IMG/VR virus record: IMGVR_UViG_3300031184_000001
Span: 1-61,476 of that record
Length of the DNA stretch: 61,476 bases
Reading direction: 5' to 3' (one strand)
DNA from: a virus
Taxonomy: Duplodnaviria; Caudoviricetes
The notes under the pieces are model-generated. The model saw only the letters and a list, made by a program, of their open reading frames with translations, did no database searches and was not told the origin of the DNA. Positions 8,201-17,207 of this stretch are shown here, in pieces (position 1 is the stretch's first letter; the number at the start of each line of letters is the position of its first letter). The position numbers and the translations under genes were made by a program.

Positions 8201-9894
8201 GCCTCTCTCCGGTCGGCAGTCTGACCGCCGACGAGCGCGCCCGTGCCCGGCTGGCCTTCGAGGCGGCGCCCGACCTCATGCAGCGATTCGCAGCGGCCAG
8301 CCTCGTCGGCGATTGCGAGATCAAGCTCGACGCCATCGCGGGTGTCATCAGGAGCGTGCGATGTCCCGCTTCCTGACCGTCGCCCTGATCTTCCTGGTGG
8401 GGCCGACCGTGGCGTTCCTGGCCCTGGCTGGCGCCGTGTTCCTGACATTCGTCGTGGTGGACAGCGTCGCTGGGAGGATGCCATGACCCGCTGCCCGCGC
8501 TGCCAGAGCAACGCCATCCACTCGGAAAACAACTTCGCCTCCTGTCTCATGTGCGGCGAGACGATCCGCGACGAGCCGGACATGCTGACCAAACTCCTGA
8601 GCAACACGGCGCCCGAGACTGGCGACGTTCACACGCACTTCGTGAACCGACTTGCCCCGATCGAGGCACCGGCGGCCGTGACGGCTCGGGTGCTGGCCGC
8701 CGTGAGAGCGGAGGCCGCGAGATGAAGACCATCACCAGGCGCGATCGGATCGCGATCGAGGACGTCTCGCTGATCCTGCCCGAACTGCTGGCCTGGGTCG
8801 ACGGTGACCCTGAGACGCGCTGGGATCTTCGCCAGGACTTCGCGGCCATGTACCGCGCCTGCGAGCAGATCCAGCGCCAGAAGGCGGCCTGTGGCTCGTT
8901 CGACGAGGCGCGGCTGGCGGCGTTCCCGGAGCTTGAGAACGGGGTACCGATGTGAGTGACGAGACCCGTTATCAGTGGCTCCTGACCCACATCAAGACGT
9001 GCCGCGTGTGCGAGTGGCGGAACGAGGACGACTCTTCGAAGCTCTGCGGGCTGGCCGAGACACACTTCCAGACCCTCGAAGCTCTGGACCCGGCCCCAGC
9101 CGCCGCCGTGGTGCGGGCGGCCGGCGGGGACATGCTCCCGGGGTTCGAGACGGTCGCCGCGAAGCCGGCAGAGAAGGGCGGGTATCCGACGTGATCGAGC
9201 ACCCGTGGATTCTCATGACATCCGTGCCGATGGGGTGCTGGTGCCAGCGGTGCGACCAGCGGCTACCGATCGGGGTGCCGGTCGAGATCGGTGAGTACCT
9301 AGCAGCCGTCAAGGCATTCATCGAGCGCCACGCAGACTGCTCCGAGCCAGCGGCGGAAGGGGGCTGCCTGTGAGCATCTACGCCACGATGTGGCAGATCA
9401 AGGTGCCCGACGAAGCCAATGGCGGCTCGTTCAGCGACGCGTGGTGGGAAGTCTACGCCCAGGGCGTCCCGAACCACATCAACGAGCAGAACGGCTACAG
9501 CGGCCCAATCTGGGACGACTGGCTGCCGGCCTTCCAGCACGCTGAGGGCTGCGTTCAGCACGTCAAGGTGTTCTACGACCGGCCCGCCGATAGCGCCGGC
9601 GTCGATTGGATCAGGCAGGCCTGCGAGCCCGATCACCCGCAGGCCACACGGGGCGACTACCACGACTGTGACTGCGGCCTCCGCGCCGTGTTCATCTGCG
9701 ACGAGCTCACCACGAAGGGCACCGAGCGGAACGGCCAGGAGTACGTCAACCCGTTGCTGGTGCTGACAGGCGCCGAGTACCAGACGATCGTCTGGGAAGA
9801 CTTGCTCATCAGGATCACCGACGCTGTCAGCGAGCGCACCGCCGCCCCGCCCCACCAGGCCGCGAGCGATGCGGCGGGAGGCACTGGACGGTGA
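5296..9894 (+). other. Run of about 14 small, mostly stop/start-overlapping hypothetical genes, many with CxxC motifs
   Basis: Chain 5296, 5872, 6159, 6548, 7156, 7731, 7979, 8179, 8361, 8483, 8722, 8952, 9191, 9370. Confidence 0.7.
7156..7734 (+). CDS. Tandem zinc-finger repeats plus winged helix
   Basis: Three CxxC...CSxxC repeats, then a LTMSDIAIWIYG...LRQSGYRIE wHTH. Confidence 0.65.
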   Translation: MTVPTCRACPTSLKPTQGAYCSLACCRMDRRPLPRACSACGVTFSPQRTSKRCCSAACAATFAGRRRRPCRACGAAFIPEPRWRRCCSQRCANERRGHGETTRFRLSRRLREVVALFAATGEQWLTMSDIAIWIYGDDGLHERSAVRIGLCRLRQSGYRIEQRAATWDWGARGRVLAYRLISEPEAGERRAA

Positions 9895-10661
9895 ATCTCG
9901 TCTTTGGCTCTCTCTTTACGGGCTGCGGCGGACTCGATCGAGGATTGGAGCTCGCCGGCCTGACGTGCGCCTTCCAGGTGGAGATCAGTCCCAGTGCACG
10001 AACCGTCCTTGAGCACCGCTGGCCGGGCCTGCCGCGCCACGATGACGCCCGCACCTTCCCTCCCTCCGATCCCGACGACTGGCGCTGCAACCTGCTCGTC
10101 GGTGGAGATCCCTGCCAGGAGAACAGCCGTGCCCGCGTCACGGTCGGAACGGGAGCGCCGTCGCTCGGTGCTGAATTCCTCCGCATCGTTGACGTCGTTC
10201 GCCCTTGGCTTGTTCTCCGCGAGAATCCCACTCGATCCCGTCCCGATGCTCCCTGGCCTTGGCAGCGATTCCGAGACGCGCTCGAATCTCGCGGCTACGC
10301 TGTCCTGCCCTTCCGACTCCGTGCCTGTTGCGTTGGCGCTGACCATCAGCGGGACCGGTTGTTCCTGCTTGCTGAAGCATCCGACCCCGTCTGCCAGCCT
10401 GTTCGGCTGCAAGGACGTCGAGCGGATGCTGGCCAGGCGGGAGCGCTTGAAGGCGCAGCACGGGAATGGGAACGGTTTTGGGCTGACGCTGGGACAGTGG
10501 GCGGCCATCGAGGGAGTCGAACTGACGCCCGAGATGGTGGAACAGATGCTCGGCTTCCCTCCCGGGTGGACCGACTGCGCATGCTCGGTAACGCCGTCCA
10601 CGTTGACGTCGCCCAAACCATCGGCGAGCACTTGATGCGCGTCTACGGGGCCACAGCATGA
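9891..10661 (+). CDS. DNA (cytosine-5) methyltransferase, main (alpha) chain lacking motif IX
   Basis: Motif I FTGCGG, IV GGDPCQ, VI ENP, VIII QRDRLF, X RLRMLGNAV. Confidence 0.85.
   Translation: MNLVFGSLFTGCGGLDRGLELAGLTCAFQVEISPSARTVLEHRWPGLPRHDDARTFPPSDPDDWRCNLLVGGDPCQENSRARVTVGTGAPSLGAEFLRIVDVVRPWLVLRENPTRSRPDAPWPWQRFRDALESRGYAVLPFRLRACCVGADHQRDRLFLLAEASDPVCQPVRLQGRRADAGQAGALEGAAREWERFWADAGTVGGHRGSRTDARDGGTDARLPSRVDRLRMLGNAVHVDVAQTIGEHLMRVYGATA
10246..10635 (+). CDS. Overlapping-frame beta chain of the C5 methyltransferase (carries motif IX)
   Basis: +1 frame encodes HPTPSAS and LTPEMVEQMLGFPPGWTD; start codon uncertain. Confidence 0.7.
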   Translation: MLPGLGSDSETRSNLAATLSCPSDSVPVALALTISGTGCSCLLKHPTPSASLFGCKDVERMLARRERLKAQHGNGNGFGLTLGQWAAIEGVELTPEMVEQMLGFPPGWTDCACSVTPSTLTSPKPSAST

Positions 10662-10955
10662 CCGCCCTCTACGCGCTCCTGACGCTGCTCTCTCGGCTGG
10701 CCGCCTGCCGTCGCGCGATCGGGCGAAGTGGGGGAGGTGGAGCGTGAAGCGCTATCGGAATCCAGAATGGGGGCACGATCTCAGGCTCGGCGTGCGCTGC
10801 ATCTTCTGGGCATTCGTCCCGCGCGTCTACTGGACTCGGATGTCGTTCGAGGTCGCCGTAGGGCCGTGGACATTCGTCCACTGGCGCGGCGGCCAGGATC
10901 GATGGAGGATCGGGCTGTGACCCCCTCAGTCCTCCGTGGGCGCCGAGGGCGGGGC

Positions 10956-11162
10956 TCAGTGCTCGGCCGGCTTGTTCTTCGGCCTACCGGGACGCCTGCG
11001 AGTCTTCTTGTATCGCTCCCAGACGTCGAGCGGAATGGCATGCAGAGGCCCAATCTTGTCCGTACGTTCGATCTGGCCGAGTTGGATCGCTTTCCAGATG
11101 GCCCAGGTCGATACGCCGAGCTCGGCCGCCGCTTCCTTCACAAGCACGTAGTCTCGCTCCAC
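10956..11162 (-). CDS. Small HTH (Xis/MerR-like) regulator
   Basis: VKEAAAELGVSTWAIWKAI HTH, RPGRPK tail, own TATAAT at about 11200-11205 (minus strand). Confidence 0.75.
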   Translation of the reverse strand: MERDYVLVKEAAAELGVSTWAIWKAIQLGQIERTDKIGPLHAIPLDVWERYKKTRRRPGRPKNKPAEH

Positions 11163-11273
11163 GGGGCAGAGGGTACTGAAAACCCAAGCCCGATAATAGA
11201 TTATAGCGCTGGACAGTTGATCTTTGTTCCTCGTATAATTCTCCAGTCACATGGAGAGTTTAGGGGGCAGCCT

Positions 11274-11513
11274 GTGGCGGCAACGAAGCCGGTAGAGCCG
11301 AAGATCGGGAAGGGACTCCGGTTCCGCATCCTCGCCCGGGATCATTTTCGATGCGTCTACTGCGGCGCCAGCGCTCATGACGGAGCGCGCCTGCACGTCG
11401 ATCACGTCAGGCCTCGATCCCAGGGCGGCACGAACGATCCATCGAACTTAGTTACTGCCTGCTCGGACTGCAACCTGGGCAAGAGCGACACGACGCAGTG
11501 GAGTGAATCATGA
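11274..11513 (+). CDS. HNH endonuclease
   Basis: RDHFRCVYCG...LHVDHVRPRSQGG...NLVTACSDCNLGK; TATAAT at 11234. Confidence 0.9.
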   Translation: MAATKPVEPKIGKGLRFRILARDHFRCVYCGASAHDGARLHVDHVRPRSQGGTNDPSNLVTACSDCNLGKSDTTQWSES

Positions 11514-12475
11514 CGACGACCGCATTGGCACAGCGACAGGACATCCTGCCAGACGCGCAAAGCTGGAAGACGATGATGGAGATGGCCCGCGAGCTGGTCG
11601 CCTCGGGGTTGCTCCCGAAGGGGATCGACAAGCCGGCAGCCGCGTTGGCAGTGATCCAGAAGGGGCGCGAGATCGGGATTCCGCCGATGTACGCGCTGTC
11701 CAACATCGGAATCATCAACGGCCGGCCGGTTGTTGGCGCCGAGGTCATGCTGGCGATGGTCTACCGTGACCACGGCGACCAGGCGATCCAGTTCGTGGAG
11801 ACCAGCGCCCAGCGCTGCGCGGTCAGCTACAAGCGGAAGTCCTGGCCCCAGGCACGGGCCTTCGAGTGGACGATGGAGAACGCCGAGCAGGCCGGGTTAC
11901 TGGGCAAGGGCGGCCCCTGGAAGCAGTACCCGGCAGCCATGTTGCGAGCTCGCTGCATCAGCGCCGTGGCCCGCCTCGCGTTCCCCGACTCGCTGGGCGG
12001 CATGTACACCCCCGAGGAGCTCGGCGCCGAGGTCACGGTGACGGACGACGGTGAGATCGAGGTCGTCCCACAGGCCGCTCCGATCCGAGCGATCAGGCCA
12101 GAGATAGGGGACGTGACCCCTCCTCCGCCTCAGCCGGCAGGCGCCGAGTTCCGCCAGAAGTGGGACCAACAGTGGTCCGTTGGTATCGCGGCAGCGACGG
12201 CAGCCGGACTTGGCGAGCCACAGGCACCGCCGGCGAATGCCTCGGAAGTGGCGCTGAAGAAAGCGGCTCGTGAGCTTTCCGATGAGATACAGGCGCGCAG
12301 AGCGCTGAATGCCGAGATCGTCGAGAAGATCGCTCAGGTTCGGGCGACACACGGCGCCAACGCGGTGAGCGACTTTGACCCCGTCACGGAGGCCAGCGAG
12401 ACCGTCCACCAGATGCTCGCCACGCTCAACGAGATGCTCGCCGAGCCTGAAGCCAAAGACGCGGAAGCCTTCTAG
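11510..12475 (+). CDS. RecT-like single-strand annealing recombinase
   Basis: GREIGIPPMYAL...INGRP, PWKQYPAAMLRARC...FPDSLGGMYTPEE. Confidence 0.75.
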   Translation: MTTTALAQRQDILPDAQSWKTMMEMARELVASGLLPKGIDKPAAALAVIQKGREIGIPPMYALSNIGIINGRPVVGAEVMLAMVYRDHGDQAIQFVETSAQRCAVSYKRKSWPQARAFEWTMENAEQAGLLGKGGPWKQYPAAMLRARCISAVARLAFPDSLGGMYTPEELGAEVTVTDDGEIEVVPQAAPIRAIRPEIGDVTPPPPQPAGAEFRQKWDQQWSVGIAAATAAGLGEPQAPPANASEVALKKAARELSDEIQARRALNAEIVEKIAQVRATHGANAVSDFDPVTEASETVHQMLATLNEMLAEPEAKDAEAF

Positions 12476-12490
12476 TCGGAGCGCCACACC

Positions 12491-13411
12491 ATGAGGACGG
12501 TCTACCAGATCAGGGACATGCTCGGTGAGACCATCGCCGAGCATGTGGCGGTGCGCTGGCCCGGCGGTCAGAAGCGGATGTACTGGCAGGTGCCCGGGTG
12601 CGACGCCAGGGACGGCCTGATGGGCTTATCCACGCCCGATCTGCCGCTGTACGGCGCCGAGCGCATCCCGTCGCTCACGATTGGGGAGACCGTCATCCTC
12701 ACCGAGGGCGAGAAGGCCCGCGACGCGCTGTGGGCGCTGGGATTCGATGCGCTGGGCACCGTGACGGGCGCCTCGGCCACGCCCGGTGAGGACGCCCTGT
12801 CGGTGCTGCTGCCGTTCGACGTGGTGCTCTGGCCCGACCACGACCGCGAGGGTCACCAGCACATGAACCGGATCGCCTGGGAGCTCCATCGGCTCGGTGG
12901 GCACCTGCCTAGAGCCATCGTTCCCGAGTGGGTGGGCGAGGACGGGACGATCAGGCATGGGCTGCTGAAGAAGGGCTTCGATGCGGCCGACCTGTCTCCG
13001 AAGACGGATCGCGCCGGCATCGTCTCCGATCTGCTTCAGTCTGCCCGACCCTGGCGGCTGCATCCCGAACCGACGAGGCCGAAACTGGTGCGGCCTACAT
13101 ATGACCGCGCGCGCGATGACGAGCGGGTGGGGACTGCCAGGACGCATCTGCTCAGGGTCGTTGAGGAGCGGCTGGGGCCACCGAAGGAGGTTCGTCAGGG
13201 CACGCCGTGGTGGTGCTGCCCGTTCCACGCCGACCGCTCGCCCAGCTTCAAGGTGGACCCGCGCCAACCCTTCTATAAGTGCTTCGGGTGTGACGCTCGG
13301 GGCGATGTGTTCACCTTCCTGCAAGCGCTCGATGGCGTCGCGTTCAAGGACGCGCTGTCGGAGCTCGCACCAGCCGCCGGCATCGGCGGCATCCCGAGGT
13401 TCGGCGCGTGA
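12491..13411 (+). CDS. Primase-like protein: TOPRIM followed by a C-terminal CHC2 zinc finger
   Basis: LTEGEKARDA and WPDHDREG TOPRIM motifs; CPFHADRSPSF...YKCFGC zinc finger. Confidence 0.8.
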   Translation: MRTVYQIRDMLGETIAEHVAVRWPGGQKRMYWQVPGCDARDGLMGLSTPDLPLYGAERIPSLTIGETVILTEGEKARDALWALGFDALGTVTGASATPGEDALSVLLPFDVVLWPDHDREGHQHMNRIAWELHRLGGHLPRAIVPEWVGEDGTIRHGLLKKGFDAADLSPKTDRAGIVSDLLQSARPWRLHPEPTRPKLVRPTYDRARDDERVGTARTHLLRVVEERLGPPKEVRQGTPWWCCPFHADRSPSFKVDPRQPFYKCFGCDARGDVFTFLQALDGVAFKDALSELAPAAGIGGIPRFGA

Positions 13412-14763
13412 TGGCTGTCGCCAAAGAACCAGCACCATCAGGTGATTCCTTCGAGGCGCACGGGCTCGGTTGGCGCGCCGTCATGCTGGACCGTACGTGT
13501 CGCATCACGGTGCGACGCCTGCGTCGGGACGGCGGCAGCCTCAAGGGCTACGTGGACGTCGAATACAAGGCACCAGGGCGCGGGACGCCGCGCGAGCGGC
13601 TTGCGGGCGAGGTGCTGAACTTATCGTCCGGCCGCGACCGCGCGGGATTCGCCAATCGGTTGCTGGAGCGAAAGCCGAGCATCGAGTGGCGCAACATCGT
13701 CGATGCGTTCTGCGTCGAGGTCGAGAGGCGCGACGATGAGGCCGAGCCCGCCGTCCTGATCGGCAACCTGCCGGCGCCCATCGACGGCGGGTGGCTCGTC
13801 GATGGGCTGCTGGAGCGCAACCAGAACAACGAGATCCACGGCGACGGATCGGTGGGGAAATCGTGGCTCGGCCTGGCGCTGGCTGTCAGCGTGACGACGG
13901 GCATCGAGATCCTGCCCGGCTACCGCCCCCACCAGCGCGGCCCCGTGCTGTACCTGGACTGGGAGACGGATCAGGACACCCTGAATGCCCGCGTCCAGCA
14001 GATAGCTAGAGGGGCCGGCATCACCTATCCCGACATCTGGTACCTGCGGATGGACGGGCCGCTCTCGGATGCCGTCGAGCGGGTGCTGGCGCTCTGCCAG
14101 GAGAACGGGATCATCCTGATCGTCGTGGACTCGATCGAGGCCGCGATGGCGGGCTCGATCTCGGCCGGCGCCCCGTCCAACGAGGGTCCGTCGAGGATGA
14201 ATCGGGCGCTCCGCCGCATCGGCCTGACGGCGTTCCTGATCGACCACATCAGCTCAGAGCAGGCTCAGTCCGAGAAGATCGCCACCAAGGCGTACGGGTC
14301 GATCTTCAAGCGCAACTGGATACGGCGGTCGTTCCATCTGAAACAGACCCACGAGCCTGCCGCCGATGGTTTCCGCCACCTGGGCCTGTTCATCGCCAAG
14401 GTCAACAACGGCAAGGAGCCTCCCCCGGTCGGATTGCGCTGGGAGGTCAACGACGAGGTCTGCCGCTGGGATCGCGAAGAGATGGACGACCCCGAGCTTG
14501 AGCAGGCGCTGCCCCTGGTGGACCGGATCGCGGGCTACATTAGGCGGGAGGGACCGTCCCAGCTCTCGGCGATTGTCGAGGCGATGGCGCCGGCCAAGCG
14601 GACCACCGTGACATCGACGCTCCAGCGCCAGACCAAGCGGTTCTACAAGGACGGGCGCGGGTTGTGGGACGTGTTGGTCGAGCCGCCGGCACCCGCCGAA
14701 GACGCCGATTACGGCGACCCCGATCCGCTGCCGTGGCCCGACGCAGGTGACGCAGATGCGTGA
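13408..14763 (+). CDS. RepA/AAA_25-type replicative helicase with C-terminal wHTH
   Basis: Walker A GDGSVGKS, VLYLDWE, Walker B IVVDS, LIDH. Confidence 0.85.
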   Translation: MMAVAKEPAPSGDSFEAHGLGWRAVMLDRTCRITVRRLRRDGGSLKGYVDVEYKAPGRGTPRERLAGEVLNLSSGRDRAGFANRLLERKPSIEWRNIVDAFCVEVERRDDEAEPAVLIGNLPAPIDGGWLVDGLLERNQNNEIHGDGSVGKSWLGLALAVSVTTGIEILPGYRPHQRGPVLYLDWETDQDTLNARVQQIARGAGITYPDIWYLRMDGPLSDAVERVLALCQENGIILIVVDSIEAAMAGSISAGAPSNEGPSRMNRALRRIGLTAFLIDHISSEQAQSEKIATKAYGSIFKRNWIRRSFHLKQTHEPAADGFRHLGLFIAKVNNGKEPPPVGLRWEVNDEVCRWDREEMDDPELEQALPLVDRIAGYIRREGPSQLSAIVEAMAPAKRTTVTSTLQRQTKRFYKDGRGLWDVLVEPPAPAEDADYGDPDPLPWPDAGDADA

Positions 14764-14895
14764 CGCACGCCGTGACGCATGCGTCAAGTGCGTCAGACGC
14801 ATGCGTCGTAAACGGGAGATTTCTGCGCAAATCGTGACGCATGCGTCGTTCTGCGACGCAGGTGCGTCATATCGAGTCAGCGTGACGCATGCGTC
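14740..14895. repeat. Iteron-like palindrome cluster; probable lytic replication origin
   Basis: GACGCATGCGTC at 14774, 14796, 14836, 14884; GACGCAggTGCGTC at 14855; extra GACGCA half-sites; lower-GC tract follows. Confidence 0.75.
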
Positions 14896-14985
14896 GGCTT
14901 TTGGGTGCCTTTTACTGGCTGGAGAGGCACTTCTAAGTACGAAGAAGGTAACTCATTCTTCTACCGGGTCTACGGGAGTGATTCG

Positions 14986-15336
14986 ATGAGCCGACCGAAA
15001 GGCATCTGGCAGGGCATCACACCGGCCCAGGGCTGGCGAGCCGTGTTCGTGACCGATGACGGATTGCTACGGGCCGAGCCGATGGCATTCTGGGCCTGGG
15101 TGCGCCGAGACTACGGTGACGAGACCGAAGATGTCGGAGAGGGCGTGCTGGCCCGGGATTCGGTCCATGAGGTCAGCGCCGCCGAGGATGAGGAGTACTT
15201 CGTTGGCTACCTCCACGAATCGGAGGACATCGAGGTCTGGCGCGAGACATCGGGGCACGTCTTGAAGGCGGTGAAGCGGGAGCAGGAGCGCGTTCGCCAG
15301 ATCCGTGAGCAGAAGCAAACGGAGCGCGCTCGATGA
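14986..15336 (+). CDS. Hypothetical protein
   Basis: GGGAG RBS, ATGA overlap with the next gene. Confidence 0.7.
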   Translation: MSRPKGIWQGITPAQGWRAVFVTDDGLLRAEPMAFWAWVRRDYGDETEDVGEGVLARDSVHEVSAAEDEEYFVGYLHESEDIEVWRETSGHVLKAVKREQERVRQIREQKQTERAR

Positions 15337-16073
15337 GCGCGGAGCTCGCGCTTAGGACCGGCCTGCCGGGCACACGGACGGAGATGAGCTATCAGCCGCC
15401 GGCTGACCTGACCTTCGAGGAGTGGTGCTCGGCGATGGAGACGCTCCAGACGATGGACCGATCGGTGAAATGGTGGATCGGCGACCTGATCCTGTTCGGG
15501 GAGGCCGCCTACGGCGGGGATGCCTCTCAGGCGTTCCCTGACGCGTTTTCGGGGTCGCCGTTCGCCGAATCGACCCTGAGAGCGGCAGCGTGGGTGTCGG
15601 CGGCGTTTCCGCGCGGAACACGCGTTGAGCAGTTGACGTGGACGCACCATCGGGTTGTGGCGGAATTACCCCCAATCGAGGCAAGGCGACTGCTCATGGC
15701 CGCGCTCGCGCCTGTCGTTCAAGGGGAACCGCCCCTTTCGACACGTGACCTGATCGCGCTCAGGGACCGTCGCAAGGAGGACTTGCGGGGCCGCGCCGAG
15801 ACCGCCGATGGCGAGCCCGTCGAGACGGCGGAGCTGTCCTGGGCACCGTCGCTGGATGATCTCACCGATGATGCTCGCCGATCGCTGGAATCCCGTGCAC
15901 CGACAGGACGGCTGCGCTCGACGTTCATCGCCGCTGCACTGTGGGCGTTTCAGTGGGCCGGCGCGCAGGACTGCTTCAAGCCCGGCCACTTCGAGCCAGA
16001 CGCCCAGTCCCCATCCACCGCCACAGCGAGCGCGGCGGATGGGCGGGTGAGAGGGGAGACAAGCGGTGACTGA
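15333..16073 (+). CDS. LmbU-family transcriptional regulator-like protein
   Basis: LTFEEW...WWIGDLILFGEAAYG and LTWTHHRVVA motifs. Confidence 0.7.
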   Translation: MSAELALRTGLPGTRTEMSYQPPADLTFEEWCSAMETLQTMDRSVKWWIGDLILFGEAAYGGDASQAFPDAFSGSPFAESTLRAAAWVSAAFPRGTRVEQLTWTHHRVVAELPPIEARRLLMAALAPVVQGEPPLSTRDLIALRDRRKEDLRGRAETADGEPVETAELSWAPSLDDLTDDARRSLESRAPTGRLRSTFIAAALWAFQWAGAQDCFKPGHFEPDAQSPSTATASAADGRVRGETSGD

Positions 16074-16500
16074 CTGGAAAGAGCGCTACGGCTGGGGCGC
16101 ACGCTGGCTGCGCCAGTGCGGCAAGGAAGTCAGCGAGGACGGCGCACGCGTGGCCGAGCTCGTGGATTGGGCCTGGGAGGGGATCTACCACTGTGACGGC
16201 GCGAAGCGCGCGGCCTGGAATGGTGATCGCGTGGCGATTGTGGTCCGGGCCCCGAACTTCGCGAGCAGCCTGTGTACGTTCGACGGGTCGCTGCTGACGA
16301 AGCTGGTGATCGGCGCTCACGACCACGCTATTCGGATCGGCATCTCGGCGGTCAACCCGACCCACATCAAACTCGACTTCTGGCCTCGGGCTCGGAACGC
16401 ACACCCGTTCAGTAGCCACCCAACGATGGAAGAGCGACTGACGAAGTGGGAACGGCCCTTCGTCTTCGAGGATGCTGCCGAAGCGGAGCCAGTGGCGTGA
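16066..16500 (+). CDS. Hypothetical phage protein
   Basis: LCTFDGSLLTKLVIGAHDHAIRI segment; overlaps neighbouring genes. Confidence 0.7.
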   Translation: MTDWKERYGWGARWLRQCGKEVSEDGARVAELVDWAWEGIYHCDGAKRAAWNGDRVAIVVRAPNFASSLCTFDGSLLTKLVIGAHDHAIRIGISAVNPTHIKLDFWPRARNAHPFSSHPTMEERLTKWERPFVFEDAAEAEPVA

Positions 16501-17207
16501 CCGCCCGCCACGGCCCGGCCTCGGTGGGCGGGGAGCCGCCGGCGCCGCTCACGCGGATCGCCACGGGCAGCAGCGCCGAGATGGTCGCTCGGCTGCTGGC
16601 TGTCTCGTTCCCGGGCGCTGAGACGGTGCTTGATGCGACCTGGGGCCGGGGTAAGTTCTGGGACGGCTCGGATCGCCACGTCGTGGGCTGCGACATTAGC
16701 CCTCACGGCAAGCCGGCAGTCGTGGCCGACTTCACGCGGCTGCCGTTCGCTGACGGGTCGTTCTCGGTGGTTGTGTTCGACCCACCCTACCTGTCGAACA
16801 CCTCGAAGAAGGGCACGTCGCTGGTTGGTAAGCGGTTCGGGTCATATCGCACGGAGCCAGAGGCGCGGGCCTCGATTCAGGCCGGCGCTCGTGAGGCGTG
16901 GCGGGTAGCCAGGGTCGGCGTGATCGTGAAGGTGATGGACCAGATTCACGCATCCAGGCTCGTCCGGATGAACCAGTGGGTCGAGGAGGTCATCCCCGTC
17001 GATCTGTACGACCTGGCGTATCTGGTGAGCAAGTCGAAGCCGGAAGACCCGAAGTGGCAGAAGCACGGGCCGCCGCTGAGCGTGCGGTCGAACTGCACAT
17101 CGTGGCTCGTGTTCAGGCATGACGGACCGATCCATAAGCGCCGGCAGCACGCGGTGGGGCCGGCGCGGCAGGGTGGGTTCTGGGAGACGGAAGGGGTGGC
17201 GGGGTAG
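16497..17207 (+). CDS. SAM-dependent amino (N6A/N4C)-type methyltransferase
   Basis: VLDATWGRGKFW SAM-binding motif and VVFDPPY catalytic motif. Confidence 0.8.
   Translation: MTARHGPASVGGEPPAPLTRIATGSSAEMVARLLAVSFPGAETVLDATWGRGKFWDGSDRHVVGCDISPHGKPAVVADFTRLPFADGSFSVVVFDPPYLSNTSKKGTSLVGKRFGSYRTEPEARASIQAGAREAWRVARVGVIVKVMDQIHASRLVRMNQWVEEVIPVDLYDLAYLVSKSKPEDPKWQKHGPPLSVRSNCTSWLVFRHDGPIHKRRQHAVGPARQGGFWETEGVAG

Noticed and set aside
10728-11273. Long N-terminal extension of the HNH ORF
   Set aside because: It overlaps a credible minus-strand HTH gene and divergent TATAAT promoters. The true start is likely GTG 11274.
14740-14895. CRISPR array
   Set aside because: The units are 12-bp palindromes with short irregular spacing and no cas genes. 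Fits iterons.
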